Shown here in pieces: positions 24,298 through 31,463 of a stretch of DNA of 32,000 bases. Below the pieces are notes generated by a model that saw only the letters and a list, made by a program, of their open reading frames with translations, did not search any database and was not told the DNA's origin. Source of the stretch: an uncultured archaeon. Its GTDB lineage: Archaea; Iainarchaeota; Iainarchaeia; Iainarchaeales; JAAZKV01. The position numbers and the translations under genes are program-made. The DNA is taken from assembly GCA_964551375.1 (NCBI GenBank), contig CAZKBG010000001.1, forward strand, positions 330,001 to 362,000, written 5' to 3'. The first letter of the stretch is position 1. Every line of letters begins with the position of its first letter.

Positions 24298-24950
24298 GCA
24301 GAACCACCTGCGCAATACACAGCGGTTTCATCAACCATTGTTTTTGTAAAATCAACAAACTGCTTTTCAGCATCCAAATCAATCAATAAAGGCATTGAAT
24401 ATAAATCATAAGTTAAAATAAAATCAGAATTTTTATTTGACAATGCTTCAACATCATTATACATTGACTGCGCTTTTGAAGGAAGCGAGTTAACAAAAGT
24501 CAAATCATTACAGCTGAATTCCTTATTCGCGCCTTTTGCCAAATCATTCAAATAAATTTCATTTTTCATTCCAAAATCGATTGCAGAAGCGTACAAATCC
24601 GCTGCTGCTGACAATTCGTCAGAAACTTCTTTTGACTCCGCCCTTGAAGCAATACTGTCTGAAAAATTAGCCAATTGAACTTTCACTTTTGCAAGATTTT
24701 CCTTTTTCTCAACCCAAACAACTTTATTTGCGCTGGATAAATTAACCATGTTCAACTGCTGAACGTTGTTTATATTCACATCATTAATCTCAAAAATATT
24801 CAAAATCTCGCCGTAACCTGCTTCTAGAGATACTTTTTGGAAAGGCAAAAAAGAAATTGCGCCTTTATTTGTATAAAGATAATACCCAGCGGCGATTAGT
24901 ATCACTATTACAAGCAGAATTATCATGTTTCGCCAGCGCTTGTCCATCAA
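24294..24950 (-). CDS. N-terminally anchored membrane protein (218 aa), first gene of the surface cluster
   Basis: TM anchor: MMDKRWRNMIILLVIVILIAAGYYLY. The ectodomain looks helical and shows no motif I recognise. Its stop TGA overlaps the ATG of the giant gene (ATGA at 24294-24297). Confidence 0.65.
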   Translation of the reverse strand: MMDKRWRNMIILLVIVILIAAGYYLYTNKGAISFLPFQKVSLEAGYGEILNIFEINDVNINNVQQLNMVNLSSANKVVWVEKKENLAKVKVQLANFSDSIASRAESKEVSDELSAAADLYASAIDFGMKNEIYLNDLAKGANKEFSCNDLTFVNSLPSKAQSMYNDVEALSNKNSDFILTYDLYSMPLLIDLDAEKQFVDFTKTMVDETAVYCAGGSA

Positions 24951-24987
24951 ATCACTATATTATTTGTATGAATTAACCTTTATCGAA

Positions 24988-24997
24988 GTATATATAC
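24988..24997 (-). promoter_or_regulatory. palindromic TATA element GTATATATAC in the divergent intergenic region
   Basis: It is centred about 43 nt upstream of ATG 24950. It is the only strong TATA-like element in the 167-bp divergent region on that side. Confidence 0.4.
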
Positions 24998-25117
24998 CTT
25001 TTCTTCAGGAGAAATGAGTTGGGGAAATTAGCAAAAAAATTGTTTTTAAATAAAAATTGCCGTAAGCTAATGCGGGATTTAAATATTTATGTAAACAGAG
25101 TATTATAGTGCGAAAAA

Positions 25118-25882
25118 ATGGCTAAAGTGAACGGCAAAAACATTATGCTTACAAGCGAAGAGGCTTCAATGCTTGAAGAAGGACACGAATTTGAACTCAT
25201 TCCAAACCAAAAAGGAATGTTCCTCTTAATCGACAAGGAAAAGATTAATGAAAAAGAAGCCCCAAAGCCAAAGCATGAGGAAAAAAACGCTGAAGAGAAA
25301 GAACAAGTAATCGGGCTTATAAAAAAAGCAAGGCTCTCAGACCTTGTGGAAGGAAAATTTGAAACCACGCTTGATGAAAAGCAAAAAAAAGCGCTTTTAT
25401 CCCTTGTTGTGGAAGGAAAAGTATTTGTATTCAAATTAAATGAAACCTACAAAAAAGGAGTTTATAGAGTAAAGGATGAAATTATTGAAGAAGCGAAAAG
25501 AGAAAAAAAAGAGTCAGAAGATTTTAACGCGCCTGAAAAAGAATCAAACGCATACAACCTTGGAGCAGACGGATTTATGATTATCAAAGGAAAGGACGGG
25601 GCAAGCAGAGCAAGCCACGAATTTGAAAGAGATATTAAAGAAGGACTCTTAAGAGGAATTCGAAGCTTTGACGGAAACTATTATTTAATCCAAACTGATT
25701 TACTCATACCTTATCTAAACAAATCAGTAATGTCATTCGCTCAAAAAGAAAACCAGACAATTGAAGAGCTGGCGCAGAATTTGAAAGTTTCCAAAGTTCT
25801 GACAAGAATCGTCTGCGAATTTTTAAAAGACGAAGGCGAGCTGATGGAAAAGAAAAAAGGAATTTATCACTACATCAAGTAG
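25118..25882 (+). CDS. Lys/Glu-rich protein with two winged-helix-like segments (putative DNA-binding protein)
   Basis: The C-terminus IEELAQNLKVSKVLTRIVCEFLKDEGELMEKKKGIYHYI and the internal KKALLSLVVEGKVFVFKLNETYKKGVYRV both look like a helix-turn-helix plus beta-wing. TTTAAATA (25078-25085) lies upstream. The gene is divergent from the surface cluster. Confidence 0.5.
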   Translation: MAKVNGKNIMLTSEEASMLEEGHEFELIPNQKGMFLLIDKEKINEKEAPKPKHEEKNAEEKEQVIGLIKKARLSDLVEGKFETTLDEKQKKALLSLVVEGKVFVFKLNETYKKGVYRVKDEIIEEAKREKKESEDFNAPEKESNAYNLGADGFMIIKGKDGASRASHEFERDIKEGLLRGIRSFDGNYYLIQTDLLIPYLNKSVMSFAQKENQTIEELAQNLKVSKVLTRIVCEFLKDEGELMEKKKGIYHYIK

Positions 25883-25920
25883 ACAATAAAAATAACTTCT
25901 TGTAAAAAATTAAATCCCAA

Positions 25921-25972
25921 GCTAACGTGCGAGTTCTAGACGAGCTCGCCACGAAGCGGCGAAACGCTTCAA
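25921..25972 (-). other. GC-rich structured trailer of tRNA-Trp
   Basis: The minus strand reads GAAGCG-TTTCGC-CGCTTC (6-bp hairpin), then GTG(G)CGAG-N11-CTCGCAC (7-bp stem with one bulge), and a T6 run follows at plus 25904-25909. GC content is far above the local background. Confidence 0.4.
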
Positions 25973-26043
25973 TGGGGTCACGGGGAATCGAACCCCGTTC
26001 CGACGGTCTGGAGCCGTCTGTACTACCGGTATACTATAACCCC
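25973..26043 (-). tRNA. tRNA-Trp (anticodon CCA), no intron, CCA tail not encoded
   Basis: Folded by hand. Acceptor GGGGTTA/TGACCCC with one G-U pair. D arm GTAT-ACCGGTA-GTAC. Anticodon arm GACGG-CTCCAGA-CCGTC, with the anticodon at plus 26009-26011. Variable loop GGAA. T arm CGGGG-TTCGATT-CCCCG. Discriminator A at 25973. Confidence 0.9.
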
Positions 26044-26118
26044 TTAAGCCGTCACGCCGGCTTGCGGGCGAGTGTGTCGCGCTCTGCGCTCCACTGGCTT
26101 CGCATTGTTCTTTGCATT
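26044..26118 (-). other. GC-rich ~75-nt leader of tRNA-Trp (possible co-transcribed structured RNA)
   Basis: A TATA-like TTTAAATT (plus 26141-26148) predicts a TSS near 26118. The leader GCGAAGCCAGTGGAGCGCAGAGCGCGACACACTCGCCCGCAAGCCGGCGTGACGGCTTAA is strongly GC-rich and has several possible short stems (AAGCC/GGCTT, GCGC/GCGC, GCCG/CGGC). Confidence 0.35.
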
Positions 26119-26198
26119 AAGTAAAGTTGGAGGAGAAAGTAATTTAAACTTCCTCAAAAGGCAAAGAAAAGAGAATTTTTAAAAAAACAAAAACTTAA

Positions 26199-26480
26199 TC
26201 AGTACCTTATGCAAAATCCGCTGAATGTTTCGCTGTTCTCAACTTCACGAAAACTTACATTATCCACCCGAACCATTCCAGAATGGGATTTTAAAAATGC
26301 CAAAAACTCATCAAGAACTTTTTTCTCGCCCTGAATGCATGCCTCAACCAAATCTTCCCGCATAGCATTTCTCACCCATCCGCTAATCCCCCTTGCCTGG
26401 GCTTCGTTTAAAACAAGCATTCGCATTCCAACGCCCTGAACTCTGCCGTGAAAACTAACAATGTAAGTTGTAAAAGCCAT
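26199..26480 (-). CDS. acyP: acylphosphatase
   Basis: MAFTTYIVSFHGRVQGVGMR ... GISGWVRN match the acylphosphatase signatures V-x-G-x-VQGVGFR and GWVRN. ATG 26480 gives the canonical ~92-aa length; the track start at 26513 adds an atypical 11-aa extension. Confidence 0.8.
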   Translation of the reverse strand: MAFTTYIVSFHGRVQGVGMRMLVLNEAQARGISGWVRNAMREDLVEACIQGEKKVLDEFLAFLKSHSGMVRVDNVSFREVENSETFSGFCIRY

Positions 26481-26680
26481 GCCTAAAAATAACACGAAAG
26501 AGTGTAAAAACATTACTTTTCAAAAGAAAACCCCCCTAAAAACCAAAATGAATTCAAAAAGCAGAGTGTATTATTTGTTACACCAAATACCAAAGATTAA
26601 TTATTAACAAAACAGGATGCATTGATTTAGAAAAGGTGTTAAGTATCGTTCAAAATTGTCCATGAAAGCCACCCTTATAG

Positions 26681-26708
26681 AACTCCTGCTTTAAGTGAGG
26701 CAGGAGTT
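26681..26708. other. perfect 9-bp stem hairpin in a ~310-nt intergenic region
   Basis: AACTCCTGC (26681-26689) pairs with GCAGGAGTT (26700-26708) across a 10-nt loop. It lies between the divergent acyP and valS genes. Confidence 0.5.
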
Positions 26709-26824
26709 TCTCCTTTGCCCTGCTTTTGCCACAGCCGCTATTTTTACCCAATAATTAACTTTAAATTGGTTAGGTTGTCTCTATACCTATTATTATTGAT
26801 AAACAATATTTTTGGTGAGCAAAA

Positions 26825-29221
26825 GTGATAAGCGAAAAGCGATTTACAAAAGAAATGGAGCTTGCAATACTTGAGCAGTGGAAAAAAGACAGAGAATTTG
26901 CTTTTCACGAAAACAGCGGAAAAACTGTTTATTCAATTGACACCCCTCCGCCGTACATTAACAGCCCTGTTCACATAGGACACGCAAGCACTTATGTAAT
27001 CATGGATTTTATCGCAAGATTTAGAAGAATGATGGGAAATGAAGTATTATTCCCCCTTGGACTTGACCAAAACGGACTTCCAATTGAAATCGGAGCGGAG
27101 AAAAAATACAAACTTGATTTTACAAAAATGAAAAGAGAAGATGTTCTCAACGCATGCAGAAAACTATTAAACGAAACAACAAGCGAGAGCGTTGATTCAT
27201 TTTTCAAATGCGGAATTGGATTTGCATCATGGGAAGAGGGAGAAAAATTAGGAGATATTTACCAGACTGATTCGCCATCATACCGAACAATCACCCAATC
27301 CACATTTATTGACCTTTACAACAAGGGATTAATTTACGAAGCAAACAAAGTTGTTAACTGGGACCCAAAACTGCAGACAACCGTTGCTGATTCTGAAATA
27401 ATTTACGAAGACAGGCCAGGATTTTTCCATGAAATTGCTTTCAAAGTAAAAGGAACTGGCGAAGAAGTGATAATTGCAACAACAAGACCTGAACTTGTAT
27501 GCACATGCGGAATGGTTATTTTTAATCCTGAAGACAAGAGATACCAGAACTTGAAAGGAAAAACACTAATCACACCCTACTTCAATAAAGAAGTCCCATG
27601 CATCGCGCACCCGGCAGCTGAAATTGACAAAGGCACAGGAATTATGATGATGTGCTCATACGGAGACTTAACTGATATTAGATTTTTTATTGAACAGGGA
27701 ATACAAGCTAAAGTTGCTATTAGTAAAGACGGCAAGTTAAACGAACACGCAGGAGATTTGAAAGGATTAACAATTTTGGAAGGAAGAAAAAAGATTGTTG
27801 AAGCAATGCAAATAAGCGGGGAATTAAAGAAAATGACTCCAACCGCAGCGCACAGAACTCCTGTAAGCGAAAGAAGCGGAGCGGCAATTGAATTTATTGA
27901 AATGCCTGAATACTATCTCAAGCAGGTTGAATTTAAAGATGACATGAGAAGAATTGCGCAGGAAGTAAATATTTACTCCCCAAAATCAAGACAAATACTC
28001 CTTGACTGGATTGATTCAGTATCAATTGACTGGCCAATAACAAGAAGAAGATTTTACGCTACTGAAGTACCGGCATGGTACTGCAAAAAGTGCGGAGAAA
28101 TTGCTCTTCCAGAAAAAGGAAAATACGTTCAGCCTTGGAAAGAAGAATACAAAGGAACATGCGCTAAATGCAAAGGAAAAGAATTTCGCGGAGACGAAAG
28201 AGTATTTGACACATGGTTTGATTCAAGCATATCCCCGCTTTACATTTTAGGATATGAAAGATACCCTGAGTTTTTTAAGAAAAATACTCCTTGCAGCCTG
28301 CGCCCCCAGGGAAAGGAAATTGTTAGAACTTGGCTTTACTACACCCTTTTGAAAGATTATTTACTCACAGGCAAAACTATTTTCAAAGATGCTTGGGTTC
28401 ACTTCCACATAGTTGACGAAGCAGGATACAAAATGAGCAAAAGCAAGGGAAACTCAATTGATCCGCACAAAGTTTTAGAAAAATTCGGCGCAAATCCTTT
28501 CAGAGTATGGTGCGCAATAGAAGGAAACCTTGACCGAACAGATTTTAGATGCTCATTTGAAAGAATTGAAAACGCGGGAAAAAATATGGAAAAACTTTGG
28601 AACGTATCAAAATTTGTTTCAATGTTTGAACTTTCAAAAGAGGATGAAAAAAATATTGAGCTGATGGAAATAGACAAATGGGCGCTTATGGAAGTTGACA
28701 AGCTTGTTGAAGAAGCAAAAGCAGGATACAATAGTTATGATTTCCACAACCCAGTTGTTCGAATTGTTAATTTCATCAGAGACGAGTTTGCATCCCACTA
28801 TGTTGAAACTGTAAAAAGAAGAGCTTACAATAACGATGCTTTGATTAAATTCACTCCCGCACAAAGAAACGGAGCTGTAAAAACACTACGCGATACTTTA
28901 CGCACACTTCTTGAATTAATGTACCCAATAACTCCCGCAATGAGCTACTTTATTTACAATCAATTGTTTAACGAAAGAATAATGGATAAAAAATTCCCAA
29001 TTCAAACCGGAATAAACAGCACAATTAACACAAAAGACATGATTGATTTTAATTCAGCTGTTTGGAAAGCAAAAAAAGACGCGGTTTTGAGCCTAAAAGA
29101 CCCAGTGAAAAAAGCAATTGCTCCAAAATCGCTTGAAAGCTTTGCAACAGAACTAAAAGCAATGCATAACATCCTTGAACTTGATTTTAAGGCAAATGAA
29201 AGCACTATTATTGCCAAATAA
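26825..29221 (+). CDS. valS: valyl-tRNA synthetase (archaeal type)
   Basis: Class-I HIGH block IDTPPPYINSPVHIGHA and KMSKS block YKMSKSKGN. The 798-aa length and the N-terminal pattern fit ValRS rather than LeuRS or IleRS. A Cys4 knuckle CKKCGE...CAKCKG is present. GTG 26825 is preceded by the SD-like GGTGAG 6 nt upstream. Confidence 0.8.
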   Translation: MISEKRFTKEMELAILEQWKKDREFAFHENSGKTVYSIDTPPPYINSPVHIGHASTYVIMDFIARFRRMMGNEVLFPLGLDQNGLPIEIGAEKKYKLDFTKMKREDVLNACRKLLNETTSESVDSFFKCGIGFASWEEGEKLGDIYQTDSPSYRTITQSTFIDLYNKGLIYEANKVVNWDPKLQTTVADSEIIYEDRPGFFHEIAFKVKGTGEEVIIATTRPELVCTCGMVIFNPEDKRYQNLKGKTLITPYFNKEVPCIAHPAAEIDKGTGIMMMCSYGDLTDIRFFIEQGIQAKVAISKDGKLNEHAGDLKGLTILEGRKKIVEAMQISGELKKMTPTAAHRTPVSERSGAAIEFIEMPEYYLKQVEFKDDMRRIAQEVNIYSPKSRQILLDWIDSVSIDWPITRRRFYATEVPAWYCKKCGEIALPEKGKYVQPWKEEYKGTCAKCKGKEFRGDERVFDTWFDSSISPLYILGYERYPEFFKKNTPCSLRPQGKEIVRTWLYYTLLKDYLLTGKTIFKDAWVHFHIVDEAGYKMSKSKGNSIDPHKVLEKFGANPFRVWCAIEGNLDRTDFRCSFERIENAGKNMEKLWNVSKFVSMFELSKEDEKNIELMEIDKWALMEVDKLVEEAKAGYNSYDFHNPVVRIVNFIRDEFASHYVETVKRRAYNNDALIKFTPAQRNGAVKTLRDTLRTLLELMYPITPAMSYFIYNQLFNERIMDKKFPIQTGINSTINTKDMIDFNSAVWKAKKDAVLSLKDPVKKAIAPKSLESFATELKAMHNILELDFKANESTIIAK

Positions 29222-29289
29222 ACCCCCTTCATTTTAGCCAAAACTCCAAAAGGGGAAACCTTTAATATCAATTAATCCTTCACTAATAC

Positions 29290-30606
29290 ATGAAAGGGCA
29301 CAATAAACTTGCATTACTGTTTGTAATGCTTATTTTCTCATGCGTAGCGGCTCTTGCGCTTTCGGCAGATGAGGCAATTGCAATTGCAACTGTTCAAAAC
29401 AACTTTCTTTCAAGCGGAGAAACAGCATCAGTTGCGAAAGAAATGATTTCTTATAACGGCGACAAATTTATCATAGTTGCGGCGCAAAGCAACTCAAAAG
29501 CAAATTGTTACATACCAATAAAGAACCAGACAGGCGAGATTTACTCAAATGATTTGGGAATAAGAGAGCTCATCAAAACAACAATAGTTTATACGCAGAC
29601 TGATTCTCTCAAAAACAGCACAAGAGCGGCAAGCTGGCCGTTTTCATACTCCACTCAAAACTCTCTTGGCGACTGGGCAAATGATTTTACCACCCTAATG
29701 ACGCAGATAATCACAGTTGAAACTGAACTAAATAAAATTAATATGACTGAAGCAAAAGCTCTTGCGGTAAAAGCAAATGAAGCGCAGGCGCTGGCGGAAA
29801 TTACTTCAGATTTATGCGCTGATATTTCAAGAGATGTTGAAAGAGCAAAACAACTGGAGCAGAGCTTTTTAGACAGCCCTGATTCAAATGAAGTTTCAAA
29901 ATATGAAACGGCCTATAAAAATTATTTTGAAAAAATCAGCGAGCTGAAAAACAATTACACAGAGCTTGACAACAGGCTTAATGTTCTAAGCCAAGGAATT
30001 GGAAGCCTTGAAACAAACCAGCTAACAATTGACCAGAAAAGAGGACTGTTAAATTTACTTTCAATGCCTGTTAATGCTTCAAGACTCCCTTCATTTTTCA
30101 ACGAAAGCGTTCAATTAAGAACCACAATTGAAGGAATTTTCAGCGATGCAAAAAACAGCGACAGCTATGCTTCAACACTTGCTTCAAGAAAAAACAGAAA
30201 CGAAGCATGGAAAGCATTATACGGATACAACGAAAGCCTTGTAAAACTTGACAAGAGCTTCACTACACTTGAAAACGCAAGCAACGCAATACTGCTTGAA
30301 GAAAATGTGAATTTATGGGTTAATCAGGACGGAGTTGAGGCATTGAAAATAAACTGGAGCTCCGCAAAAAACAGATACAGCACTGCAGAATATGAAAAAG
30401 CAAGGGATTTTGCGTCAAGAGCAAAAAAGAATGTTGAACAAATAATGGCTGAAGGAGTGGTTCCAGCAGTGGACAATTCGCAGGACTTAATAGTAAAAGT
30501 AATAGGCGGGCTGATTGCAGCAGTGGTGATTATATTTGTTATTGAAAAACTATTCCTTAAGAAAAAGAAAAAACCGGAGGAATACGATGAAGCAGAATAT
30601 AACTAA
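29290..30606 (+). CDS. secreted helical/coiled-coil protein with C-terminal TM anchor (438 aa)
   Basis: Signal peptide MKGHNKLALLFVMLIFSCVAALALSA, a long helical region rich in N-x-S/T sequons, and TM helix VIGGLIAAVVIIFVI followed by KKKKKPEE. TTTAATAT lies about 25 nt upstream of the ATG. Confidence 0.65.
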   Translation: MKGHNKLALLFVMLIFSCVAALALSADEAIAIATVQNNFLSSGETASVAKEMISYNGDKFIIVAAQSNSKANCYIPIKNQTGEIYSNDLGIRELIKTTIVYTQTDSLKNSTRAASWPFSYSTQNSLGDWANDFTTLMTQIITVETELNKINMTEAKALAVKANEAQALAEITSDLCADISRDVERAKQLEQSFLDSPDSNEVSKYETAYKNYFEKISELKNNYTELDNRLNVLSQGIGSLETNQLTIDQKRGLLNLLSMPVNASRLPSFFNESVQLRTTIEGIFSDAKNSDSYASTLASRKNRNEAWKALYGYNESLVKLDKSFTTLENASNAILLEENVNLWVNQDGVEALKINWSSAKNRYSTAEYEKARDFASRAKKNVEQIMAEGVVPAVDNSQDLIVKVIGGLIAAVVIIFVIEKLFLKKKKKPEEYDEAEYN

Positions 30607-31438
30607 ACTAATATCAACTGCGCTGATGTTTTCGCTTGTCCTATTCATTGCATTAAATGTTAATTCCCAAATACTTGCAAGCGCATCAACTGACAAAAAG
30701 ACTTTTGGAGAAAATGAAGTGGGGCTTTTGACTGTAAAATTAATGAACGACTCCGAAATTGAGCTTAAAGGAGTGGCGCTAAGAATACAGGGCGATGAAG
30801 GAATAGTGTTTTATGAAGGAATGCAGGAAGTTCCGCTTTACCTAAAGACAATTGATTCATTAAAACAAAACGAAGTAAAGCAGATTGTCATAAAATTCAA
30901 ATCTACTCTGGCAAAAAAGGCAACTTCAAACATTTACGCTTATTATGGAAAAGTATCAGAACTTACAACCGCATCAGTAACAATGATTGAAACAAAACCA
31001 AGCCCTGTTTTTATTGAAACAAGCACAAAAAGAAGCACTGTTAACTCAAACGAGCAGATAGAAATTGATTACACTCTTACAAACGGAAACAACACGCCAA
31101 TTTATGGAGTAAGCGCTGAAATGATTGCCCCAATCGGGTTTGAAATTATAACCCCTCAGGTAAAGGAAGAAGTTGTTTCTCCAAAAGGAGAAATGCACCA
31201 GAAATTCAAAGTAATCGCGCCCGAAAAATCGGCAGGAGAACAGCAAATAATAATTGCATACGGATACTTTGACGCAAACACTCCCCACTACTTTGAAAAA
31301 ACATTCAAATTCAATATTGAAAGACCAAATTACCAATTGATAATCCTTATCGGAGTAGTTGTGCTCATTGTCGCAGGATATTTATTTTTTAGAAAAGGAA
31401 AAGGCTCAGGCGTTGTAGGCACAGACGGCAAAAAATAG
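30587..31438 (+). CDS. secreted protein with two CARDB-like Ig domains and a C-terminal TM anchor
   Basis: ATG 30587 is preceded by GGAGG (30576-30580) and overlaps the upstream gene by 20 nt. Signal segment LISTALMFSLVLFIALNVNSQILASA. Ig-like strands LLTVKLMNDSE and IDYTLTNGNNTPI. TM helix LIILIGVVVLIVAGYLFF followed by RKGKG. The track start at 30536 is probably too early. Confidence 0.65.
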   Translation: MKQNITKLISTALMFSLVLFIALNVNSQILASASTDKKTFGENEVGLLTVKLMNDSEIELKGVALRIQGDEGIVFYEGMQEVPLYLKTIDSLKQNEVKQIVIKFKSTLAKKATSNIYAYYGKVSELTTASVTMIETKPSPVFIETSTKRSTVNSNEQIEIDYTLTNGNNTPIYGVSAEMIAPIGFEIITPQVKEEVVSPKGEMHQKFKVIAPEKSAGEQQIIIAYGYFDANTPHYFEKTFKFNIERPNYQLIILIGVVVLIVAGYLFFRKGKGSGVVGTDGKK

Positions 31439-31463
31439 TTCTCTAGAAAATAAACTGCTAAAA

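Noticed and set aside
25087-25434. 115-aa minus-strand ORF overlapping the start of the winged-helix-like gene
   Set aside because: It is the Ser/Phe-rich antisense shadow of a Lys/Glu-rich coding region. The plus-strand ORF is more than twice as long and has a TATA-like box upstream.
25927-26124. 65-aa plus-strand ORF (MRVLDELATKRR...)
   Set aside because: It runs straight across the antisense of tRNA-Trp and its GC-rich flanks. The open frame is a by-product of GC-rich RNA-coding sequence.
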